Positions 35,472 through 45,261 of a DNA stretch of 45,261 nt are shown here, piece by piece. The stretch is taken from contig NC_068984.1 in assembly GCF_001194135.2 (NCBI RefSeq), forward strand, positions 136,669,383 to 136,714,643, in the 5' to 3' direction. Made by a program: the position numbers and the translations under genes. Positions within the stretch are counted from its first letter, which is position 1. The number at the start of each line of letters is the position of its first letter. The DNA is from Octopus bimaculoides (Eukaryota). The notes under the pieces are model-generated. The model was not told the origin of the DNA. It made no database searches and saw only the letters and a list, made by a program, of their open reading frames with translations.

Positions 35472-35507
35472 CAGTACCGGTTTCGATCCTTGAGATCTTT
35501 TCAACAG
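35472..35507 (-). ncRNA. Minimal type I hammerhead-like motif with U3-A8 covariant core
   Basis: Minus strand ctg|TTGAAAA|gatc-tcaag-gatc|GAAA|ccgg|TA|ctg; palindromic ACCGGT; stem I has a U-U mismatch. Confidence 0.5.
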
Positions 35508-37109
35508 TAAATATGGATAACAAATTTTGGAAAAATTAAATTTTGGCAAATTTAAATGAAAAGTCTTTTTAAAAAATATTTCNNNNNNNNNNNNNNNNNN
35601 NNNNNNNNNNNNNNNNNNNNNNNNNNNNNNNNNNNNNNNNNNNNNNNNNNNNNNNNNNNNNNNNNNNNNNNNNNNNNNNNNNNNNNNNNNNNNNNNNNNN
35701 NNNNNNNNNNNNNNNNNNNNNNNNNNNNNNNNNNNNNNNNNNNNNNNNNNNNNNNNNNNNNNNNNNNNNNNNNNNNNNNNNNNNNNNNNNNNNNNNNNNN
35801 NNNNNNNNNNNNNNNNNNNNNNNNNNNNNNNNNNNNNNNNNNNNNNNNNNNNNNNNNNNNNNNNNNNNNNNNNNNNNNNNNNNNNNNNNNNNNNNNNNNN
35901 NNNNNNNNNNNNNNNNNNNNNNNNNNNNNNNNNNNNNNNNNNNNNNNNNNNNNNNNNNNNNNNNNNNNNNNNNNNNNNNNNNNNNNNNNNNNNNNNNNNN
36001 NNNNNNNNNNNNNNNNNNNNNNNNNNNNNNNNNNNNNNNNNNNNNNNNNNNNNNNNNNNNNNNNNNNNNNNNNNNNNNNNNNNNNNNNNNNNNNNNNNNN
36101 NNNNNNNNNNNNNNNNNNNNNNNNNNNNNNNNNNNNNNNNNNNNNNNNNNNNNNNNNNNNNNNNNNNNNNNNNNNNNNNNNNNNNNNNNNNNNNNNNNNN
36201 NNNNNNNNNNNNNNNNNNNNNNNNNNNNNNNNNNNNNNNNNNNNNNNNNNNNNNNNNNNNNNNNNNNNNNNNNNNNNNNNNNNNNNNNNNNNNNNNNNNN
36301 NNNNNNNNNNNNNNNNNNNNNNNNNNNNNNNNNNNNNNNNNNNNNNNNNNNNNNNNNNNNNNNNNNTGTGTGTGTGTGTGTGTGTTTGTATTTTTGTGTG
36401 TTGGTACATGTACACACACATACACGAACAGCATAATAGAGAGCTACTCGCCAAGCTGACGACTAAAATATCCAATCGAAAAGTGGACCGAAAGCGGGTA
36501 TCGACGCTGTGACAAGCATCGCTGCCTATCAAAAAAGAACCAGCAAGAACATTATCAGAAGAACAATAATGGCATTAGACTGAATTTATCCTCACATCGA
36601 TAAGACGCTTTAGACAGACGGACGGATTAATTAGTTCCAAGAAGCATTGAAACACCGGAAAGACTTAACGGTCATTCTGGTTTCACAGTAATTGAAGACA
36701 AAGGTGGTTTCCTAACGGCCACAGGAACCATTTTGACTGATTCCACAACAACAACGATATATAACACACACCACCACCACCACCACCACCACCATTAACA
36801 ATACACAATGACAAAAACAACCACAGCAATAACAACAATATACAAGAACGATAGCAGTGATGGCTGTATACGATCTACTATTATTATATCTCTGCCACAA
36901 CCACCATCATCGTTAAAATCGCCGATATTTTCCTGTACATTGAAGTATGTCGTGAGGAATTTCAGAAAATCTCTGCTCTAGGACAACATTCTTCAAAACA
37001 ACCGCCATATAAAAGACAGTAGAATACGACTTGGAGGAAATTATGCTGCTTTTTCTACCAGGACGAGTCACTAGGTTCCCTCGTTGCACTTTTGTCGTTA
37101 TTGGTTTCA

Positions 37110-37650
37110 AACGTTAGCACAGGGCCAGCAACATTGAGGGAAGGTATAAGTAGAATTTGAACTCAGAAAGCAAAGACGGACGAAATACCGTTAAGCATCT
37201 TACCCGGCGCTCTAACGATTCTTTTCTACTCTCGGCACAAGGCCCGAAATTTTGTGGGGAGAGCGCCAGTCGATTAGATCGAACCCAGTATGCAACTGGT
37301 ACTTAATTTATCGACTCCGAAAGGATGAAAGGCAAAGTCGACCTCGGCGGAATTTCAACTCAAAACGCAAAGACATGAAATTACTGCTAAGCATTTCGCC
37401 CGGCGTGCTACCGTTTCTTATTTCTTTATTGCCCACAAGGGGCTAAACATAGAGGGGACAAACAAGGACAGACAAAGGTATTAAGTCGATTACATCGACC
37501 CTCAGTGCGTAACTGGTACTTAATTTATCGATCCCGAAAGGATGAAAGGCAAAGTTGACCTCGGTGGAATATGAACTCAGAACGTAAAGGCAGATGAAAT
37601 ACCGCTAAGCATTTCGCCCGGCGTGCTAACGATTCTGCCGGCTCGCTGCC
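37110..37650 (-). mobile_element. Head-to-tail trimer of SINE family A (tail 2 copy, tail 1 copy, older partial copy)
   Basis: Full head at 37650; junctions at 37415-37418 and 37219-37222, both at ttct (AGAA on the SINE strand). Confidence 0.88.
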
Positions 37651-37929
37651 TTACACTGTTGTTACTATTGCCATTAATTATCATCAGCTCAAAGTATCCA
37701 CTTCGTACCTTTTCAACTTGCTAGAGATAGCAACCAAATGCCATTTAATCAAACATTATACGTATCTTATAAAAAAAAAAAGCGTCAGATTGCATGATGT
37801 AGTCCTAGATACATTATGCCTGAAAAAAAAATTGTAGGAGACAGTGATTCCTGGATCACCTTTGGTTATAGGTCTGCTTGGTCGGGCCTCGCTTGGGGCT
37901 GAATGCTCGCAATGACAGTAATGCCTCCA

Positions 37930-38260
37930 CCGCCGCCCTCGCCATCACCATCACCATCAGCAGCAGCAGCAGCAGTGGCGACGTCGCCGTCGTCTTCTTC
38001 TTCATCGTCATCGTCGTAGTCGTCGTTGTCGCTGTCATAACTATCGACAAGAACACAACCATCATCATCATCATCATCACCACCATCGTCATCATCATCA
38101 TCACCTCTATCATTTTCATCACCGCTGTCACCACCACCACCACCACCACCACCATCATCACCACCATCATCACCACCATCATCACCATCGTCATCATCAT
38201 CATCATCATCATCATCATCAACATCATCATCAACATCACCATCATCTTCATCACCGTTGT

Positions 38261-38295
<35 letters not shown>

Positions 38296-38450
38296 CCATC
38301 ACCATCATCACCATCGTCATCATCGTCGTCGTCGTCATCATCATCATCATCATCGTCATCACCACCATCATCACCATCATCGTCATAATCATCATCATCA
38401 TCATCATCATCATTATCATCACCGTTGTCACTACCACCACCACCACCACC

Positions 38451-38482
<32 letters not shown>

Positions 38483-38650
38483 AGCCATCATTTAATGGTT
38501 GAAAATATATCTTGATTTTTATTTCATCAGCAACAATACAATACATCAGTTGATGGTCACAAATAACACCACCACCACCACCACCACCACCATTACCAAC
38601 ACCAGCACCATCATCAGCACCATCACCACCAACAACAACAACAGCAACAA
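37930..38650. repeat. (CAT)/(CAC)/(CAA) compound microsatellite
   Basis: Seen directly. Confidence 0.97.
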
Positions 38651-38957
38651 CAGAATCCACAGGTACCTCAGTAACAGCAGCAATGTCTGCAACACCTACA
38701 ACAAAACCAGCAACAAAAACACAAACAAGAGAACAGAAGCTTCAAAAATAATGACAAAACTAACAAGAGCGTTAACATCTATAAAAACCGACAGGAACAG
38801 CAGAGCAGACCGAACAATACCAACAGCAGCGGCATGATCAGCAGCAGCAGCAGAAACAACAACAATAACAGCTTCATAAATTACACCAACAAAAATTAAG
38901 CTAATAAGCGAGTTTCTGTGTGAAAGCTCAGCATGCTTGGAATAATAGCCAAATTTA

Positions 38958-39043
38958 TGGCGGCGAGCTGGCAGAAACGTTAGCATGCCGGGCGAAGTGC
39001 TTAGCGGTATTTCCGTCTGTCTCTACGTTCTGAGTTCGAATTC
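38958..39043 (+). mobile_element. SINE family A head only
   Basis: ggcggcgagctggcagaaacgttagcatgccgggcg...gagttcgaattc. Confidence 0.8.
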
Positions 39044-39633
39044 TTCACAACCCACTTTAAAGTAAATGAAAATATTTGGGAAGCAGTTTGTGGTTAAGTT
39101 GTGTTTTTTCTTTCTTTTTTAATGTCTTGTGCCTTAATGCTGACATATATATATATATACACGACGAGTTTCTTTCAATTTCCGTCTTGCAAATCCACTC
39201 ACAAAGCTACTTATCTCCTGTAAGTAAATTTGGATAGACGGAATCTGTATAGAAACTCGCCCGTTGGATTGAAACTCTAATTCAAAAGGTATGGTCTTGT
39301 CACAGTGTCTCGTTTGAGAATTACATTTAAGGATTAACATGTCTGAGGAATACTCAATCACCGTTTCAGGAGCTGATCATTCAGTGGATCGAACAATGCA
39401 ATACTCACCGTCGGACGACGGAGATTCACCACCATTCGATTAAGGTTTTTAAAAAATCCCAAAGCAGCAACTACAGCAGGAATACTTACAACGGCAACAG
39501 TGATTAAACATTTTTAAGTGATAAACTATAGATTTTCTATTGAATTCAGAGCCAGCACTGAAAGTTACGACAATTCGTATAGGAATACGTTTATGTAAAC
39601 AATGCGATTAGAGAATTAAAATAAACGTAAAGG

Positions 39634-39676
39634 GTGTACACGCATATTTCAAGAGTAATTGCTCTTTCATCAGCAC
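39634..39676 (-). ncRNA. Minimal type I hammerhead ribozyme, canonical core
   Basis: Minus strand gtg|CTGATGA|aagag-caatta-ctctt|GAAA|ta-tgcg-tg|TA|cac: stem II 5 bp, stem III 3 bp with one G-U, stem I 3 bp, GUA site. Confidence 0.7.
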
Positions 39677-40689
39677 TACATCCAGCCATCAACTATCCGC
39701 GTATGCGAAGTGTTATAACTTACTGTGCTCACTCTGAATCCGACAGATAATCTATAGAGATAAGCTTTAAAATGAGAATATCGTGCTACTAACGCAAAAC
39801 ATATGACACAACATTGTCTTGTAAACCTTTACTATAACTGGTAGTAGATTATGAGTGCAAAACGAAATACTGTGTCTTTGTTTGCAATTAATAGTAAATA
39901 AACAATATCACAACCACAGCTGCAACAAAGAGCACCGCTACAATAGCAGCGACAAAAACAACCCAACAATAGTGATAGCTACAACCTGTGATGATAAGAG
40001 CTGCTTATCTATTAAATTAGTTGTGTCCCTTGCATCTTCTGGTATCACACAAAACTATTGCTGTCGGCGTTCTATATTTAAGTTGATTAAGAACACTATG
40101 TGAAACTTCCTTTACAACAACAGTTTAATCGATTGAGCTAGAATGCTTTTAATCATAGGTTTTCTTTGTCGGAATGACGTCAAAGACGTAAACACGGGCA
40201 ACAACAATAGCAACATCAAATAATCACGGAATCGAAATGGACAGAATAGATACAGTAGAAAGATCTAGAATCCCAACAATTTCTCCTTCGTGTGGTGAGA
40301 TTTTGCAGCGAGGATAAAGAGGTTTAAGAAATCCCTAACAAACATGAAACCCGATCTTTATCCTGATAGACTGCATTTATTTTTCTGACGTATTCAGATT
40401 TACATGGCTAACATAAAAATTTCGATAATGCTTTAAAACGGAGTCAAGAAGCTTATGTGAAACCTCTCAGTGAACTCCATGTTGGCCCCTTCTATCTACA
40501 CAATTTCAAATACCAGATGAAAGCATACGTTGTGTTTTCAGATAAATTCGCTGGGGCTTTTTCTATTCAACCCGCCATTGTGCCGTCTTAAGACATACAT
40601 TCGCTGGGCAGTTGTCCGGGGCTCACACAGATCTAGACACCCGATTATTATCTATGTATGATGTAGCTTGCTCTCAAGAAATAAATATT

Positions 40690-40832
40690 CTTTTCTATTC
40701 TAGGCACAAGGCCNNNNNNNNNNGAAAGGCAAAGTTGACCTCGGGGGAATTTGAACTCAGAACGTAACGTTAGACGAAATACCGCTAAGCATTTCGCCCG
40801 GCGTGCTAATGATTCTGCCAGCTCGCCGCCTT
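40690..40832 (-). mobile_element. SINE family A copy spanning a 10-N gap
   Basis: ttctaggcacaaggcc-N-gaaaggcaaagttgacc...gattctgccagctcgccgcc. Confidence 0.85.
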
Positions 40833-40888
40833 CAAGGAATAAATATTAGATAGTCCAATGCATTGATTTCCCCGGCGGGGGGGGTCCA

Positions 40889-41111
40889 TGAGGTTGTGCT
40901 GAAAAGTTCCTGGCTTTGGGTAAAAGAAAATAAATACAGGACGATCAGTTAATTATGATCTTATTCGCCATATTCCCCTCTCAAATTCACACACTTATTG
41001 CAGTGGTCCTTCAGTTTTTTTCTAAGCCATGTAAAAGAACTCGGAAGGTTAGTCCTACAACCAGAACTTTCACGATACCCTTAAAGCCAGGAACTTTTCA
41101 GCACCACTTCG
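40889..41111. mobile_element. Mariner-type MITE, 223 bp, 29-bp TIRs
   Basis: tgaggttgtgctgaaaagttcctggcttt / aaagccaggaacttttcagcaccacttcg (26/29), TA on the right and CA on the left. Confidence 0.85.
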
Positions 41112-41584
41112 TATGATGCCACCAAGGCGGCTCTGGTCTCAAAAGAGGTAAAATCTATGAACATTTCAAAAAACTATAAGCAAAAGTTTTAGAGGAATAA
41201 TATAGCTACAAAAACTCCCATAAAACACTATGATATAAGTTTTGATCCAAATAACATTGGAAAGAATTAACAGAAATGAGGAAACAAAAAAAAAACGAAC
41301 GAATTTATCTCACAACCCAATGCATGAATTTTTACAGAATTTAATTCTTTAAACAATCTAAAACAGATAAAGACAATAAATCATTAATTATAAAAGATTC
41401 TTTTCTGCGTGAAACACACTTAAACATTATCTGGATCGGAATACTAAAGGAAAATATCTAAACACTGGATAGTGATATCCAGCAGACTAGTTCTTGGGAA
41501 CAAGGTTAATCTAGTGCTGGATTGTACCAAATGTAATCTACCATTTTCTGTCGTAAAACTGTCGAGTGCACCAACTGCCATATC

Positions 41585-41788
41585 TTTTATCTTTTGCCTA
41601 TTTTAATCATTGGACTATGGCCATCAATTTGAAGAATTTTTTAGTCGAATGAATCGACCCCCCAGCTTATGTGAAACCTCTCAATGAAATCTATGTTGGC
41701 GCCTTCTAATCTACACAATTTCAAAAACCGGTTTTTCTAGTGGTGGTGGGGGACAAACAGACATAAAAAAAAACACGCACACACACAC

Positions 41789-41822
<34 letters not shown>

Positions 41823-42033
41823 GAACCTCGGTTTTCGAACAACTCCGTATATATATATATATATATATGTAGACGACGGGCTTCTTTCAGTTTCTCTCTA
41901 CCAAATCCACTCACAAAGCTTCGGTTGGCCCGAAGCAATAGCAGAAGACCTTTGCTCAAAGTGTCACACAGTGGGATTGAACCTGTAACCATATGGCGGA
42001 GAAGCGAACTTCTTACCACACAGCCATGCCTAT
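41585..42033 (-). mobile_element. Rearranged SINE family B with a captured 61-bp local segment and a Tigger-like TIR stub
   Basis: Tail 41585-41665, foreign segment 41665-41725, body 41735-41790, (TA)n with stub at ~41818-41849, head 41870-42033. Confidence 0.75.
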
Positions 42034-42166
42034 GCAATAAAATCAAGCTTAACTTTTATCATCCGAAATATTTCTCCTCTAAAAGCTACCCATCCATTTG
42101 AACATTTTGTCAATAGATTTTTAATCGGCTCCGTTGTCAGTCAGGTAATTCGAACGCATCGAAATA

Positions 42167-42431
42167 TAGGGTGTTCAAAAAGTCTCTCCGCAGTGAAAGT
42201 TTTCATCCTCACTCTCCAAGAGTCAGACTCTCCAAGAAGTATTTCAAAACATATGTAGAAGAGTCAACTTGTGTATTGAAAATGAAGGACGACACTTTCA
42301 ACACCTCTTATAAAGTTGTTTTTTTTAAGTCATGTAAAGTCTAATATATTCTTTTGTAGTCTTATACCATTTTATAAATATTCATTTTGCAATGAAATAC
42401 TTACTGCGGAGAGACTTTTCGAACACTCCTG
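42167..42431 (+). mobile_element. Tc1/mariner-superfamily internal-deletion derivative, 265 bp
   Basis: TIRs agggtgttcaaaaagtctctccgcagt / actgcggagagacttttcgaacactcctg; retains RVNLCIENEGRHFQHLL* (~42280-42333), a typical transposase C-terminus. Confidence 0.85.
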
Positions 42432-42809
42432 TGCTTCTGCTATTTTGTTGACGTAACATGATATCATCCAGCAGGTGACTATGTTTTACATTTTGAATCC
42501 GGCTTCTCGTTGCAACACGCTGATTGGTTAGTGTTTCATGTAGAATTTAACTAGAACGTAACCGTTGTCTCTGCAGTTGCCGTTTCTGTGTTTACCAAGA
42601 ACATGTTTCCATGGTGTATGGTAGCATCTACACTTAACACTGACACCACCTCCAATAACAACAACAACAACAGCAGCAGCAGTAATGCGACATATTGAAT
42701 AACGAAGTTGTAAATTCATTGTCTTGGGAAAAAAAGAGGATGTCGGAACGAGGCTGATCCGAGGCTGTCTGATAAAAGCTAGTATCCATAGCAACAACAT
42801 TAGAAATAT

Positions 42810-43000
42810 TTTACTTGTTTCACTCATTGAACTGCAACCATGCTGGGGCGACACCTTGAAGAATTTCATCAAACAAATCAACATTGGAATTTGCGTTTAA
42901 GTCTTGTACTTACTCTATTGGTTTCGTTTGCTAAATCGCTAAGTTACCGTGAGAAAAACAAACCAACACCGGGAGTCAGGCAGTGATGGAGGACAAATGC
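42810..43000 (-). mobile_element. Old SINE family B 3' half
   Basis: tttacttgtttcactcattgaactgcaaccatgctgggg...gtacttactctattgg...cgctaagttac. Confidence 0.65.
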
Positions 43001-43093
43001 AATTACAAAGATATACACACGCACATATACATATACATATATGTATGTATGTTTGTACGTATATGTAATATGTGACAATTATTCGGTTCCCAT

Positions 43094-43154
43094 AATAAGA
43101 CTCCGAGTTTCGAATGTCGGGGCGGAAACTTGCTCCGGCATCTCGTCACTTATC
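43094..43154 (-). ncRNA. Type I hammerhead motif with C3G change, enclosed by an 18-bp perfect inverted repeat
   Basis: Minus strand gataa|GTGACGA|gatg...cattc|GAAA|ct-cgg-ag|TC|ttatt; IR tgtgacaattattcggtt (43071-43088) / aaccgaataattgtcaca (43164-43181). Confidence 0.6.
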
Positions 43155-43250
43155 GAGGTAGGCAACCGAATAATTGTCACATTATATTGCAGATAAATTC
43201 CTCTATTTACATAATATCGAAGTCTCATTCATTCTTTTGTTACTATTATA

Positions 43251-43320
<70 letters not shown>

Positions 43321-43321
<1 letters not shown>

Positions 43322-43645
43322 CACTCCATCGGTTACGACGACGAGCATTCCAGTTGATCCGATCAACGGAACAGCCTGCTCGTGAAATTAACGTGCAAAT
43401 GGTTGAGCCCTCCACAGATACGTGTACCCTTAACGTAGTTCTCGGGAGATATTCAGCGTGACACAGTGTGTGACAAGGCTGGCCCTTTCAATTACAGGTA
43501 GAACAGAAACAGGAAGAAAGAGTGAGAGAAAGGTGTGGTGAAAGAGTACAGCAGGATTCACCAGCACCATCGCTGCCGGAGCCTCGTGGAGCTTTTTAGG
43601 TGTTTTCGCTCAATAAACATTCACAACGCCCGGTCTGGGAATCGA
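43321..43645 (-). mobile_element. SINE family C with tail A, head partly lost
   Basis: Reverse complement of 44530-44851. Confidence 0.88.
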
Positions 43646-44182
43646 CTTATATACATGCATATATATATATATACATATTAAATATATACCACTACTACCA
43701 CCACGACTATCAACAGAACCACCACCACCGCCACAACTCTGGTCACTACTACCACTACTACTGCTACTTCTACCACCATCATCACTACCACCACCCCTAA
43801 CCACTACTACCTTCACCAACAACAATCATCGTCATTATCAACATCACCAACATATTTAAAACCACCACCATCACCATCATATCGTCGTCGTCGTCTTTAA
43901 TTATCAACAACTACAACAATAACATTTTATAGTCTCATATTTTATTGCTCTATTTTTATATTTATTTTTTTCGTTTCCTTTCTTTATTATTTTTCGCTTT
44001 TTCTTCTTTCTAGCTTTTTTTTTTTCATTTCTATTCTGCATTGCACAGCTTGCTACCTTTTATTGTGTTTCGTTTATTGTTGGTATTGTTTCACCAGCGG
44101 ACATCAGACATTTCTGCATGTGTGTATGTATCTATGTATATCTGATTGTGTGTGCGTGTGAAGATGTATCTTTTAGCGTTTC

Positions 44183-44403
44183 TCTTTTATCTTCTACTTG
44201 TTTCAGTCATTAGACAGTGGCCATGCTGGGGCATCACTTTGAAGCAGTTTTAATTGCATGAATATACCCTGGTATTTATTTTTCAAAAGCCTGGTACTTA
44301 TTCAATCGGTTTCCGTAACTTGCCGAACTGCAAAGTTACGGGGACGTAAACACAACAATACCGGTTGTCAAGCAGCGGTAGAGAACGAACACAGACACAA
44401 ACA

Positions 44404-44410
<7 letters not shown>
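44183..44410 (-). mobile_element. SINE family B 3' half
   Basis: ctacttgtttcagtcattagacagtggccatgctgggg...gttacggggacgtaaacac. Confidence 0.8.
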
Positions 44411-44448
<38 letters not shown>

Positions 44449-44472
44449 ACACACACGTGTGTTTATATATGT

Positions 44473-44851
44473 GGAGGCGCAACGGCTCAGTGGTTAGAGC
44501 AGAGAAATTGTGGTCGTGAGATCGCGGTTTCGATTCCCAGACAGGGCGTTGTGAATATTTATTGAGCGAAAACACTTAAAGCTCCACGAGGCTCCGGAAA
44601 GAGGGAGGGGTGAACCCTGCTGTACTCTTTCACCACAACTTCCTCTCACACTTTTCTTCCTGTTTCTGTTGTACCTGTATTTCAAAGGGCCAGTCTTGTC
44701 ACACTCGGTGTCACGCTGAATCTCACTGAGAACTACGTTAAGGGTACACGTGTCTCTGTAGTTCTCAGCCATTTGCACGCTAATTTCACGTGTAGGCTGT
44801 TCCGGTGACCGGATCAGCTGGAACCCTCGTCGTCGTAGCTGAAGGAGTGCC
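44473..44851 (+). mobile_element. Full-length SINE family C with tail A
   Basis: tRNA-like head ggaggcgcaacggctcagtggttagagcag...ggtttcgattccc; ends ...ggaaccctcgtcgtcgtagctgaaggagtgcc. Confidence 0.9.
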
Positions 44852-45261
44852 GCGGTATTACCTATTTTGACCCTCCGCAAAATCCCAAATTTTATTTAAT
44901 TTGCTTTGCGAGACCAACTGTTTTATCGAAAGCGTATATTGTTGGTAAATGCTCGAAATACGAGACTAGAAAAACAGCCAACGACTGATGAAGGGTCGTT
45001 CTTTATGTTTGTTTTGTTTTCCATTTGTATCTTTCGTTGTGTCCCATGTACTCATGCTTCGTACTTTTTTGCTGTACACGTTTCATGACGTCCTGTGCCC
45101 ACATATGCATATATATATATATATAATTTAAATTTAAATAATAAGGGTAAAAAATTGAATATTAATTTGATTAATATCAATTTAAAACCAGTAGCCTAGC
45201 ATATTGAAAAAATCTGAAGATTCAGAAAAAAATTATATTACATAGATATAAGAGGGGTGAC

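Noticed and set aside
36450-36510. CTGACGA...tcca/tgga hairpin...GAAA
   Set aside because: No pair closing stem II and no stem I; at best a heavily decayed motif.
44473-44545. Possible tRNA genes at SINE heads (also 11320, 22054, 38958)
   Set aside because: A and B boxes are present but there is no complete cloverleaf, and each runs into a SINE body.

Overview
AT-rich, gappy (15 N-runs), microsatellite-saturated eukaryotic DNA with no supportable host protein-coding gene, rRNA, intact tRNA or CRISPR array. The SINE families and repeat landscape point to an octopus (coleoid cephalopod) short-read assembly; this is inference, not verified. Almost all listed ORFs are artefacts of N-runs or simple repeats. 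The window is a transposon graveyard: about 20 tRNA-derived SINE copies or fragments from four families, four decayed R4/Dong-type non-LTR fragments, one CR1/L2-type LINE 3' end, one internally deleted Ty3/gypsy element (5' LTR, PBS, gag, protease, integrase stub), and hAT, mariner and Tigger/pogo MITEs. The main unexplained signal is a dense set of minimal type I hammerhead-ribozyme motifs of the Penelope/retrozyme kind. Two have canonical cores (29001-29051 +, 39634-39676 -), three have variant cores (34521-34557 +, 35472-35507 -, 43094-43154 -), and several are decayed. Five of them cluster in an inverted, structured ~800 bp locus (28750-29540). Other notable patterns are a 3' tail shared between the CR1-type LINE and one SINE family, and head-to-tail SINE arrays joined three times at the same AGAA position. 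All folds and alignments were made by eye; none has been computed or tested.
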